A stretch of 46,364 bases of DNA from Gemmatimonadota bacterium (GTDB lineage: Bacteria > Gemmatimonadota > Gemmatimonadetes > Longimicrobiales > RSA9), in the NCBI GenBank assembly GCA_040905425.1, contig JBBDRO010000024.1, forward strand, positions 5,719-52,082. The letters run 5' to 3'. Made by a program: the position numbers and the translations under genes. The notes under the pieces are model-generated. The model was not told the DNA's origin and did not search any database. It worked only from the letters and a program-made list of their open reading frames with translations. Shown here one piece after another: positions 1-8,928 of the stretch (the stretch's first letter is position 1; the number at the start of each line of letters is the position of its first letter).

Positions 1-12
1 TGGCGCGGCGCC

Positions 13-42
13 TTGTGCGCTGGCACGCCGCGCGCGTACTCT
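13..42 (+). promoter_or_regulatory. Candidate sigma70-type promoter driving a leaderless transcript
   Basis: TTGTGC (13-18), 18-nt spacer, TACTCT (37-42); the ATG at 50 lies 7 nt after the -10 box and no Shine-Dalgarno is visible. Confidence 0.5.
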
Positions 43-49
43 GCCGCCC

Positions 50-1030
50 ATGCGGATACTCGTCACCGGCGCGGCCGGCTTCCTGGGATCACACCTGTGT
101 GATCGCTTTCTGGCGGACGGCCACGACATCGTGGGCGTGGACAACTTCGTAACCGGCTCACCAGAGAACATCGCGCACCTGATCGGGCACGCGGGCTTCT
201 CCTTCGTGGAGCTGGACGTCACCAATTTCATCTACGTGGAGGGGGGGCTGGACGGCGTGCTGCACTTTGCCTCCCCCGCCAGCCCGGTGGACTACCTGGA
301 GCTGCCCATCCAGACGCTCAAGGTGGGCAGCCTGGGCACGCACAAGACGCTCGGGCTGGCCAAGGCCAAGGGCGCCCGCTACCTGCTGGCCTCCACCTCC
401 GAGGTGTACGGCGATCCCGAGGTCCACCCCCAGCCCGAGACCTACTGGGGCAACGTGAATCCGGTGGGCCCGCGAGGCGTCTACGACGAGGCCAAGCGGT
501 TTGCCGAGGCCATGACCATGGCCTACCAGCGCTTCCACGGTCTGGACACGCGCATCGTGCGCATCTTCAACACCTACGGCGAGCGCATGCGCCCCGACGA
601 CGGACGGGTGGTGTCCAACTTCGTGGTGCAGGCGCTGCGCGACGAGCCGCTCTCCGTCTACGGCGACGGCTCCCAGACGCGCTCCTTCTGCCACGTCTCC
701 GACGAGGTGGAGGGCATCTACCGCCTCTTCATGTCCGACTACCCGGACCCCGTGAACATCGGCAACCCCAACGAGTTCACCATCCTGGAGCTGGCCGAGC
801 GGGTGGCGGAGCTGACGGGCTCGGGCGCCGAGATCGCCCGCCATCCCCTCCCCCAGGACGACCCCAAGGTGCGCTGCCCGGACATCACCGTGGCGCGGCG
901 CGAACTGGGCTGGGAGCCGGAGGTGGGGCTGGCCGAAGGGCTGGAGCAAACCATCCCGTACTTCCGCAAGCGTGTTCAGGAAGGCGACGCCCGCTCCCGG
1001 CCGATGACCGGCGCGCAGCATGCGTCCTGA
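50..1030 (+). CDS. UDP-glucuronic acid decarboxylase (UDP-xylose synthase) family NAD-dependent epimerase/dehydratase
   Basis: [12 protein letters not shown]ossmann motif, [37 protein letters not shown] (YxxxK), [15 protein letters not shown]. Confidence 0.92.
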   Translation: MRILVTGAAGFLGSHLCDRFLADGHDIVGVDNFVTGSPENIAHLIGHAGFSFVELDVTNFIYVEGGLDGVLHFASPASPVDYLELPIQTLKVGSLGTHKTLGLAKAKGARYLLASTSEVYGDPEVHPQPETYWGNVNPVGPRGVYDEAKRFAEAMTMAYQRFHGLDTRIVRIFNTYGERMRPDDGRVVSNFVVQALRDEPLSVYGDGSQTRSFCHVSDEVEGIYRLFMSDYPDPVNIGNPNEFTILELAERVAELTGSGAEIARHPLPQDDPKVRCPDITVARRELGWEPEVGLAEGLEQTIPYFRKRVQEGDARSRPMTGAQHAS

Positions 1031-2549
1031 GGCGCTTCGGGTGACACGTGGCCGGCGTTGGCCGTGCCGGTCCCCCGTCCGGGGGACCGCCCGCGCATCC
1101 GTTGCGCGCGTTGCCGCACGGGTGGCGCGCGGCGGCGGGGTCGTGTTGCTCGCCGGGCTCCTGCTGGCGGGATGCAGCGAGGACCCGACCGCTCCGCTGG
1201 CGAGCCTGATCGAACCGGTCGCCGGCGCGGACCAGCTCGGCCCCCAGGGCAGCGCGCTGCCCGAACCCGTGATCATCCGCGTGCTGGACGGGTCCGGTGA
1301 CCCCATGCCCGACGTGGCAGTGGAGTGGCGCGTGATCGAGGGCGGCGGCAGCGTGGCGCCGGTGGACGCGCGGACCGACGCGGCGGGTGAGGCCCGGGCA
1401 CACTGGTCGCTCGGCTTCGATGCCGGTCAGAACCTGCTGCTGGTGTCGGCGCGGGGCGCCACGCTCACCGTGCGGGCCACCAGCCGGCGGTGGGTGGCCA
1501 GTGTCACCGCTGGCGGCGCCCATACCTGCGCCCTCTCCACGCTCGGCGAGGCCTACTGCTGGGGGGCGAACGGCTCGGGCCAGCTGGGCGACGGCAGCGA
1601 GACCGCGCGCGCCGAGCCGGCGGCGGTGGATGGCGGCATCCGTTTCCGGACCCTCAGCGCCGGCTGGTCGCATACGTGTGGGGTGACGGCCGCGGGCACC
1701 GCCTACTGCTGGGGGGATAACCGTGAGGGGCAGCTGGGCATCGGTGCCACGCCCCGCGCGCACGCACCGGTCCGTGTGGATGCCCCGCAACCCTTCAGCC
1801 GGATCAGCGCGGGCTTCATCCATACCTGCGCGCTGACGGAAGCCGGCGCGGCCTACTGCTGGGGAGGCAACGCGCAGCGCCAGCTCGGCACCGGGGACGG
1901 ACAGGGCGCCGACACCCCGCGGCCGGTGGCCGGCGCCACGCCGCTCCGCCACATCAGCACGGGCGAATTCCACACCTGTGCCGTGGGGACGGACGGGCGG
2001 GGCTACTGCTGGGGCTGGAACTCCCTCGGCGAGGTCGGCACCGGGGCGGCCCGCGGCAGTCTCGTGGACACGCCGACTGAACTGGCCGGCGGACTGAGCA
2101 TCGACCGGGTGGCGGCCGGGGTGCGGCACAGCTGCGCGACCGACACGGACGGCGCCCTGCACTGCTGGGGACGCAATGGCTCGGGTGAAGTGGGCACCCC
2201 GCCCTTCCACCACCAGGACACGCCCTACCCACTGTTTGCGAGCGGCGTGTTCGGCCGCGTGGGTGCCGGGAACGTGCACAGCTGCGCCGCGGGCGCGGAC
2301 CCGGGAGCCGCGCAGCCGGCGGCCCGCGCCATCTTCTGCTGGGGGGCGGACGGCTTCAATGATCTCGGCCCCACCCCCGCACCCATCCTCACGGAGGCCG
2401 AGGACGCGCTGGCGGTCGGCGTGGCCCATACCTGTGGCATCCGGGCGGGCAGCGTGTGGTGCTGGGGGACCAACGCGGCCGGTCAGCTCGGCATTGCCGG
2501 CGTGGCCGGCAGCGCCCAGCCCGTGCAGGTGAGGCTGCCCGGACAGTGA
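1020..2549 (+). CDS. Lipoprotein with N-terminal Ig-like (Big-1-like) domain and 7 RCC1/BLIP-II-type repeats; exact start uncertain
   Basis: Lipobox LLAGC; '[21 protein letters not shown]...TDAAGEA' Ig-like segment; seven G-x-x-H-[TS]-C ... CWG repeats. Confidence 0.85.
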   Translation: MRPEALRVTRGRRWPCRSPVRGTARASVARVAARVARGGGVVLLAGLLLAGCSEDPTAPLASLIEPVAGADQLGPQGSALPEPVIIRVLDGSGDPMPDVAVEWRVIEGGGSVAPVDARTDAAGEARAHWSLGFDAGQNLLLVSARGATLTVRATSRRWVASVTAGGAHTCALSTLGEAYCWGANGSGQLGDGSETARAEPAAVDGGIRFRTLSAGWSHTCGVTAAGTAYCWGDNREGQLGIGATPRAHAPVRVDAPQPFSRISAGFIHTCALTEAGAAYCWGGNAQRQLGTGDGQGADTPRPVAGATPLRHISTGEFHTCAVGTDGRGYCWGWNSLGEVGTGAARGSLVDTPTELAGGLSIDRVAAGVRHSCATDTDGALHCWGRNGSGEVGTPPFHHQDTPYPLFASGVFGRVGAGNVHSCAAGADPGAAQPAARAIFCWGADGFNDLGPTPAPILTEAEDALAVGVAHTCGIRAGSVWCWGTNAAGQLGIAGVAGSAQPVQVRLPGQ

Positions 2550-3952
2550 GTGGCGGCAGCCTGCGCGCCGAGGTGCTGCGGGGCGGTGCCTACCTGACGC
2601 TCCGGCAGGCGGCGGGCACGGCCATCAGCGTGGTAGGCATCCTGCTGCTTACCCGCACGATCGGTCCGGGGGCATACGGTGTGTACGCGGCCGCCCTGGC
2701 GCTGTACCTGGCCGTGCAGCTCTTCGCGCAGATGGGCGCCCACGTCTTCCTGGTACGCATGGAGACGGAGCGCGGTCCGGAACTCTATCGAGCGGCCTCC
2801 ACTCTCCTCCTGGGCCTCGGACTGCTCGGCGCGGGGTTGGGCGTGGCCAGCCTGCCACTCGTTGCCCGGTGGACCGGGATCGAGGGCATCGTGGCGGTTT
2901 CGGTGGCTGTCTTCGCCGCACTGCCGCTCGCCAACCTGGCCCAGGTGCCGCTGGCCCGTCTGGAGCGTGCCCTGGACTACCGGCGCGTGGCCTGGATCGA
3001 ACTGGCCGGGCAGGTGAGCTATTTTGCCGTGGCGCTGCCGCTGGCGTTCTGGCTGGCGCCCGCGGGTCACGGCGCGTGGGCGCCCACCGGGGGCTTCCTG
3101 ACGCAGCAACTCGTGCTGGTGGTGTTGACGCACCTGGGAGCGCGCTACGCGCCGCGGCTGCACTGGGACGGCGCGCTGGTCCGGGAGATCGTGCACTACG
3201 GCGGTGGCTACACCGCCTCGATGGGGATCTATCAGCTGCGCCGGCTGGTGAATCCGCTTGTGGTGGGCCGGTACGCCGGTGCGGAGGCGGTGGGCACCAT
3301 CGCGGTGACCATCCAGATCGTGGGCCAGCTCTCCTTCGTGGCCGTGGCCACCTGGCGGCTCTCCACCGCCGCCCTGGCCCGGGTCCAGCAGGACACGGCC
3401 CGGCTTCGCCGCGCCATCTCCGAGGGGATGCGGCTGCAGGTGGTGGCGGTGGGTCCCTTCCTGGTGCTGTTCGCGTGGTTGGCTCCCTGGCTGGTGCCGC
3501 TGCTGCTGGGGCGGGCATGGAGCGGCATCGGGGTGGTCTATCCATTCATCGCGGTAGCCATGCTCGTGAACGCCATGTTCAACCTGCACTCCTCGGCGCT
3601 CTACGTGCTGCGCCAGAATGGCCAGGTGGCCGTCTTCCACGCCGTGCAGACCGGGCTGCTGGCGGGCGGCGCACTCGTCCTGGTGCCGCGGCTGGGGCTG
3701 CTCGGGTACGGGCTGGCCGAGCTGCTGGCGGTGGCCTCCTACGCCGTGCTGCACGGCTTCACGGCGCGCGTCATCGGCGCGCCGACGTACGGACGGGCGC
3801 TGGCGCTCGGCGGCGCGCTGGCGCTGGCCACCGCCTATGCCTACCTGGGGCCCTGGAGCCTGACGGGGCTGGTGCTCGTGGCGCTCCTGCTCCGGCCCTG
3901 GCGGGAGGTCTCCGGCGTGGTGGCCGACCTGCGCACCATGGGGCGACCGTGA
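2546..3952 (+). CDS. wzx: Oligosaccharide flippase (Wzx, polysaccharide biosynthesis protein)
   Basis: GTG start overlapping upstream TGA (GTGA); many hydrophobic helices; 'LLLTRTIGPGAYGVYA', 'LERALDYRRVAWIEL', 'LVVGRYAGAEAVG' typical of the PST/Wzx family. Confidence 0.85.
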   Translation: MSGGSLRAEVLRGGAYLTLRQAAGTAISVVGILLLTRTIGPGAYGVYAAALALYLAVQLFAQMGAHVFLVRMETERGPELYRAASTLLLGLGLLGAGLGVASLPLVARWTGIEGIVAVSVAVFAALPLANLAQVPLARLERALDYRRVAWIELAGQVSYFAVALPLAFWLAPAGHGAWAPTGGFLTQQLVLVVLTHLGARYAPRLHWDGALVREIVHYGGGYTASMGIYQLRRLVNPLVVGRYAGAEAVGTIAVTIQIVGQLSFVAVATWRLSTAALARVQQDTARLRRAISEGMRLQVVAVGPFLVLFAWLAPWLVPLLLGRAWSGIGVVYPFIAVAMLVNAMFNLHSSALYVLRQNGQVAVFHAVQTGLLAGGALVLVPRLGLLGYGLAELLAVASYAVLHGFTARVIGAPTYGRALALGGALALATAYAYLGPWSLTGLVLVALLLRPWREVSGVVADLRTMGRP

Positions 3953-5007
3953 CGGACGCGCTGGTCAGCGTGGTCCTCACCAACCACGACTACGGCCATC
4001 TCCTCGAGCAGGCCATACAGAGCGTTCTGGCGCAGACCTACAGGGCGGTGGAGCTGGTGGTAGTGGACGATGGCTCCACGGACGGCTCGGGTGCCGTCCT
4101 GGACCGCTACGCGAGCCAGGCTCGGGTGCTCCGTCAGCCGAACCGCGGGCAGGCGGCGGCCCTGGACGCGGGGGTGGCGGCGTGCGGTGGTGACATCCTC
4201 TGCTTCCTGGACGCGGATGACATCTGGCAGCCGACCAAGATCGCCCGCGTCGCCGCAACCCTCGCCGCACAGCCGCGCGCCGCCTGGCTGCGCCATCCGC
4301 TGGAGGTGGTCGATGACCGGCTGGCCCCGCTCGGCACCCGCGTGCCGCGTATCCACCGCACGCGCCTACACCGGCTCGAGCCGCGCCTGGTGGCGGAGCG
4401 TATCCTCACGGCGAGCATGTCCGGTTTCGTGCTGCGCCGTGAGCTGGCGGAGCGCGTCTTCCCCCTGGTGGGCGGCGCTCTCCCGGCGACCGAGCAGGAC
4501 TTCCCGCTGCCGGGCGGCGCTCCCCCGGCGACCGGGCAGGACTTCCCGCTGCCGGGCCGCGCGCTCCCGGCGGTTGGACGGGACTTCCGTCTGGACGCGG
4601 ACGCCCTGCTCCTGGCCCGGTGCGCCCGGGAGCGGCCGTGGGGTTGCTCGCTGGCGGAGCCGCTCGGCATGTACCGGCGGCACGGGCGGCAGACCTTTGC
4701 CCGGCCGGAGGACATGAAGCGGCTCCTCGAGCGGCAGATCGAGGTGGGTACGGCGCTCGCGGGCATCCTGGGCCTGCGGGAGCCCTCGACCAATTTCAAG
4801 CACCTGGCCGTGCTCGCGCACCTCGAGGGCGGTAGCGGCGCGTGGCAGGGGCGCGCGGCGGCCTTCCTGCGCGGCGCGGCCGCCACGCTGCCGCTGGCCA
4901 GCCGCCCGCGCTCGCTGGCGCGGCAACTGGGTGCCCTCACCTACGCCGCTGGCGCACCCGCGTCCTGGCTGCGCAGGCTGCGGGCGGAACAGGCGCTGCC
5001 GGACTGA
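3949..5007 (+). CDS. Glycosyltransferase family 2
   Basis: GTGA overlap start; LVSVVLTNHDY, VVVDDGSTD, FLDADD GT-A motifs; contains a 14-aa tandem repeat insertion. Confidence 0.9.
   Translation: MTDALVSVVLTNHDYGHLLEQAIQSVLAQTYRAVELVVVDDGSTDGSGAVLDRYASQARVLRQPNRGQAAALDAGVAACGGDILCFLDADDIWQPTKIARVAATLAAQPRAAWLRHPLEVVDDRLAPLGTRVPRIHRTRLHRLEPRLVAERILTASMSGFVLRRELAERVFPLVGGALPATEQDFPLPGGAPPATGQDFPLPGRALPAVGRDFRLDADALLLARCARERPWGCSLAEPLGMYRRHGRQTFARPEDMKRLLERQIEVGTALAGILGLREPSTNFKHLAVLAHLEGGSGAWQGRAAAFLRGAAATLPLASRPRSLARQLGALTYAAGAPASWLRRLRAEQALPD
4471..4596 (+). repeat. In-frame 42-bp tandem repeat, about 3 degenerate copies
   Basis: Units at 4471, 4513 and 4555 encode GGALPATEQDFPLP / GGAPPATGQDFPLP / GRALPAVGRDFRLD. 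Confidence 0.9.
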
Positions 5008-6125
5008 TGCGTATTGCCCTGCTCACCAACTTCGTGCCGCCCTACCGACTGCCGCTCTACCGCGCCCTGCGGGAGCGGGCGGGAGAGCTGCGGGTGCTGG
5101 CCTCCACGGGCATGGAGGCCGATCGGAGCTGGGCCCCGGCCTGGGGGGACCTGGACGTGATCCTGCAACGCACGCTGACGCTGCGCCGCACGTGGCGCCA
5201 CGAGCGTTTCCACGAGCGCTACGAGCAGCACGTGCCGTGGGACACCCTGCCGCAGCTGGCGCGCTGGCGGCCGGATGCCGTGATCAGCGCCGAGTTCGGG
5301 GCGCGCTCCCTCCAGGCGCTGCTCTACGCCCGTGCCGCGCGCATCCCCGCGCTCCTCTGGGCCACCGGTGTGGACCACCTGGAGACCGACCGGGGTGCGT
5401 TTCGGCGGCTGGCGCGCCGCGCGCTGCTGCGCGCCGCGGACGGGGTGCTCGTCAACGGCGCGGGGGGTGCGCGCTACATTCGCGGCCTGGGGTTCCCGGA
5501 CGCCGCCATTCACCGGGTCCCCTACGCCATCGAGCTGGGGCCGTTCACCGCCCTGCCCGCCACGCGGCCGCCGGACGCGGCACGGCGCCTTCTCTACACC
5601 GGTTCGCTCAGCGAGCGTAAGGGCGTGGACGTGTTGCTGCGCGGCGTGGCGGAATGGGGGCGACGGTATCCGGCCGAGCGGCTGCACCTCACGATCGTCG
5701 GGCAGGGACCCGCGGAGGCCCGCCTGCGGGCACTGGAGCTGCCCGCCAACGTGGCCGTGGCGTGGGCAGGCGCCGTAGCGTACGATGCCCTGCCCTCCTG
5801 GTACGCGGGGGCGGGGCTGGCCATCTTCCCCACGCTGGGCGACGAGTGGGGTCTGGTCGTACAGGAGGCCATGGCAGCAGGCGTGCCGGTGATCGGCAGT
5901 GTCTGGGCCCAGGCGGTGGACGAGCTGGTGCGCGACGGCGCGAACGGTTGGCGCTTCCGCCCCGACGATCCAGGTGCCGTGGCCGACGTGCTGGCGCGGG
6001 CGCTGGCCACCCCGGACGCCGAGCTGGCTGAAATGAGACACACGGCGCGCGCCACCGCGCGCCGCATCACGCCGGAGCTGATGGCGGGGCGCATCATGGC
6101 TGCATTCGACGAGGCAATGAAGTGA
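5007..6125 (+). CDS. Glycosyltransferase family 4
   Basis: TGATG overlap start (MRIALLTNFVPPYR); LYTGSLSERKG, FPTLGDEWGLVVQEAMAAGVPVI (Ex7E) GT-B motif. Confidence 0.9.
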   Translation: MRIALLTNFVPPYRLPLYRALRERAGELRVLASTGMEADRSWAPAWGDLDVILQRTLTLRRTWRHERFHERYEQHVPWDTLPQLARWRPDAVISAEFGARSLQALLYARAARIPALLWATGVDHLETDRGAFRRLARRALLRAADGVLVNGAGGARYIRGLGFPDAAIHRVPYAIELGPFTALPATRPPDAARRLLYTGSLSERKGVDVLLRGVAEWGRRYPAERLHLTIVGQGPAEARLRALELPANVAVAWAGAVAYDALPSWYAGAGLAIFPTLGDEWGLVVQEAMAAGVPVIGSVWAQAVDELVRDGANGWRFRPDDPGAVADVLARALATPDAELAEMRHTARATARRITPELMAGRIMAAFDEAMK

Positions 6126-7276
6126 AAGCACACGGTTTGCTCCTGGTGGTCCCGCTGGTGGGGCTGGCCGCCTGTTCGGATCCCTTCGCGGCGTCCGAGC
6201 TGCGGCACTACACGGCCATCGCGGCGGGCGCCAACCACACGTGTGCGGTGGCCGAGGACGATGCGCTCTACTGCTGGGGCCTCAACGACGATGGCCAACT
6301 GGGTGACGGGACCGCCGAAGCCGCGTTCACGCCGCGCAGGGTGAAGAGCAACGTCGCCTTCGAGATGGTCACGGCGGGTGAAGCGCACACCTGCGCGCTG
6401 GCCACGGACGGGCGGGCGTATTGCTGGGGCTGGAATCCGTTCTTCCAGACCGGTGTGACGGATCCGGCGGACATGCGGGTGCCGCAGCCCGTGAACACGC
6501 CCGAGCGCTTCACCACGCTCTCGGCGGGAGCGTACCATACGTGCGGCGTGGTCACGGACGGCAGGGTCTTCTGCTGGGGCTACAACCGCTATGGTCAGAA
6601 CGGCAACGGCAAGACGGTCACCACGGCGCCCGCGGAGGAAATTGCCGGGGAGCTGCGCGCCACGAACGTGAGCGCGGGTGGGCACCACACGTGCGCGCGC
6701 ACCACCTCGGGCGCGGTGTACTGCTGGGGCCGGAACGATTACGGCCAGCTCGGCACCGGGAGTGACGCCGTGTTCACGCCCCACCCCACGCCCGTCAACA
6801 GCACGCTCGGCTTCTCCAGCGTGGACGCGGGCCACACGCACACCTGCGCCGTGGCCGGCGGTGGCGGCTACTGCTGGGGGAGCGCCACCTACGGCGAGAT
6901 CGGCGACGCCGCACCCTGGCGGGAGGGGCTGCCCGGCCCCGCCGTGCCCACGCGGGTGAAGTTCCTGGACGGCGTGAGTGAGATCTCCGCGGGCTACGGG
7001 CTCTCATGCGCCGTGGCCGGCGGCGGGACCTGGTGCTGGGGCCGCGGCACGGAGGGCCAGGTCGGTAATGGGGACGCCATCAGCCGGCCGGTGCGTCAGC
7101 CGGTGTATCTGCAGCCCAACTCCCCGCTGCCGCTCGCCCCGCTGGCCGCCGGCGGGGCCACACACGCCTGCGGCCTGAACCAGGGCCTGGCGTACTGCTG
7201 GGGCACGGGGCGCTTCGGCCAGCTCGGCGCGGGCGCGCACACATTCAATGTCCTGCCCCAGCGGGTGTGGGAGTGA
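6122..7276 (+). CDS. RCC1/BLIP-II repeat beta-propeller lipoprotein (7 repeats)
   Basis: GTGA overlap; signal peptide with lipobox LAAC; seven (H)xC...CWG repeats. Confidence 0.88.
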   Translation: MKAHGLLLVVPLVGLAACSDPFAASELRHYTAIAAGANHTCAVAEDDALYCWGLNDDGQLGDGTAEAAFTPRRVKSNVAFEMVTAGEAHTCALATDGRAYCWGWNPFFQTGVTDPADMRVPQPVNTPERFTTLSAGAYHTCGVVTDGRVFCWGYNRYGQNGNGKTVTTAPAEEIAGELRATNVSAGGHHTCARTTSGAVYCWGRNDYGQLGTGSDAVFTPHPTPVNSTLGFSSVDAGHTHTCAVAGGGGYCWGSATYGEIGDAAPWREGLPGPAVPTRVKFLDGVSEISAGYGLSCAVAGGGTWCWGRGTEGQVGNGDAISRPVRQPVYLQPNSPLPLAPLAAGGATHACGLNQGLAYCWGTGRFGQLGAGAHTFNVLPQRVWE

Positions 7277-7287
7277 GAGGGATGCTC

Positions 7288-8916
7288 ATGATGCGCAGTG
7301 CGCTGCTGCTCACGCCGGCGCTGTTGCTCGCCCAGGCGCTCCTTCCGGCGGGCGCGGCGGCGCAGGCATGCGCGCGCCCGGCGGAGCTCCGTAGCTACGA
7401 CCTCACCGGGCCGGCGGCGGAGCTCGCGCGCGCTCTCTCCAGCACGCACTTCAGTGATGCGCGGGGCTCCGGCATCTTCCGCAGCTCCGTCCGGGGCGTG
7501 GGCGTGTGCCTGGATTCGCTGTCGTTCCTGGCCGGGTGGAGCACCGCGGGGCCCGTGCGGGACGGCGTGGAGGCGGCGCCGGTGCAACTGCGCGTGGTGG
7601 GCAACTCGGCGTATCCGCGGAGCGTGAATGACGGCCTGCTCTGGGCCGGTAAGGGACTGGGCACGGTGGCGTCGGGCGGCGTCCAGGGGCGCTGGCGCAT
7701 GCTCTCGGCGGCGCTCATCCCCGTGGCCGCCCATCAACAGAACGGCGATTTCCCGTATGTCGGTTCGAATCGCACGGGGCGCTCCGCCTTCGCCAACCCG
7801 GACCATGGCGGCATTGATCTGCCCAAACGCCACGGGGAGGACGCGTTTTCCGTGGTCCATCCGGGACAGTCGTTCCTGCGGGTGGACGCGGGCCCCGTGC
7901 GCGCGGCGCTCTCCACCGAGAACCTGTGGCTGGGGCCGGCGCAGGTCTATCCGCTGCTGCTCAGCAACAGCGCGCCGGGCTTCCCCCACGTGCGCGTGGG
8001 CACGTCGGGGCCCATCGACGTGTGGTTCGCCGACCTGGAGCTGAACGTGTTCTGGGGCTCGGTGTCCGAGTCCGACCATTTCGACGGCCTGACCCGCAAC
8101 GACCACCACCTGTTCACGGCCAGCTCCATCACGCTCGAGCCGCGCCTGCTGCCCGGCCTTCACCTGGGGATTGCGCGCGTCTACCACGACACCCTGAAGG
8201 CCACCGGGCAGAAGCTGGACTTCTACGTGGACCGCATCGCCGAGTCACCCTTCTGGGCGGGCGGCGGGAACCGACCCGGCAACGCCATCGGCGCGCTACA
8301 TCTGCGCTGGGTGCTGCCGGAAAGCGGCTTCGAGGTCTACGGCGAGTGGGCGCGGGAGGACACCCCCTACGACGCCGAGGAGGTGCTGCGCGAGCCGGAC
8401 TGGACGCGCACCTTCGCGGGGGGTGTGCAGAAAGTGTTCGTGGGTCCTGAGCGGCTGACCCGGGTTTACGGCGAGCTGATCAACCTCGGCGCCTCACCGG
8501 CCACGGTGTTCCGCGGCTTCTTCACCACCTACACGCACTCGCAGGCCGTTCACGGCCACACCCACCGTGGGCAGATGCTGGGCGCCGGCGTGGGGCCGGG
8601 GTCCGACGCGCAACGCGTGGGCGCGGACGTCTTCAGCGCCGCGGCCATGACGGGCGGCTTCATCGAGCGGGTGCGCTACGACGACGACACCTACTACCGG
8701 CGCTTCTACCGCCGTTTCGGGGAGTCCCGCCACGACGTGGAACTCTCCGCGGGAATGCGGCGCCTGCAGCGGGTAGGCCAGCTGGAGGTGAACGCGGAAC
8801 TCGTCGTGAGCCGCCGCTGGGACCGGGACTTCCTCTCCCTGCGCACGGAATCGGAGGAGACGGTGGAGGACAACGTGCACGCCACCCTGGGCGTGCGCTG
8901 GATGCCGCGCTTCTGA
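7288..8916 (+). CDS. Capsule assembly Wzi-family outer-membrane beta-barrel
   Basis: GAGAGGG RBS before ATG; Sec signal ending AAAQA; 'ENLWLGPAQVYPLLLSNSAPGFP', 'HRGQMLGAGVGPGSD'; amphipathic strands; C-terminal Phe. Confidence 0.7.
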   Translation: MMRSALLLTPALLLAQALLPAGAAAQACARPAELRSYDLTGPAAELARALSSTHFSDARGSGIFRSSVRGVGVCLDSLSFLAGWSTAGPVRDGVEAAPVQLRVVGNSAYPRSVNDGLLWAGKGLGTVASGGVQGRWRMLSAALIPVAAHQQNGDFPYVGSNRTGRSAFANPDHGGIDLPKRHGEDAFSVVHPGQSFLRVDAGPVRAALSTENLWLGPAQVYPLLLSNSAPGFPHVRVGTSGPIDVWFADLELNVFWGSVSESDHFDGLTRNDHHLFTASSITLEPRLLPGLHLGIARVYHDTLKATGQKLDFYVDRIAESPFWAGGGNRPGNAIGALHLRWVLPESGFEVYGEWAREDTPYDAEEVLREPDWTRTFAGGVQKVFVGPERLTRVYGELINLGASPATVFRGFFTTYTHSQAVHGHTHRGQMLGAGVGPGSDAQRVGADVFSAAAMTGGFIERVRYDDDTYYRRFYRRFGESRHDVELSAGMRRLQRVGQLEVNAELVVSRRWDRDFLSLRTESEETVEDNVHATLGVRWMPRF

Positions 8917-8928
8917 GGGTGGGGCCGG

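Noticed and set aside
21..35. TGGCAC-N-GC sigma54-like -24/-12 spacing
   Set aside because: The -12 element lacks TTGC; the sigma70-type leaderless reading fits better
1520..2490. Recurrent 'tactgctgggg' motifs at about 150-bp spacing, here and at 6260-7210, resembling a repeat array or CRISPR
   Set aside because: They are the coding signature of RCC1 protein repeats (YCWG); they are too short and degenerate, lie in frame, and have no cas genes nearby
2869..3948. N-terminal 360 aa of the 712-aa ORF, suggesting a large fusion glycosyltransferase
   Set aside because: It overlaps wzx in another frame; the real GT2 start is the GTG at 3949 overlapping the wzx stop. The same logic was applied to other over-extended ORFs
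4828..4839. GGCGGTAGCGGC resembling the RfaH ops element
   Set aside because: It lacks the terminal TG, lies deep within a coding region rather than a leader, and such matches are expected by chance at this GC content
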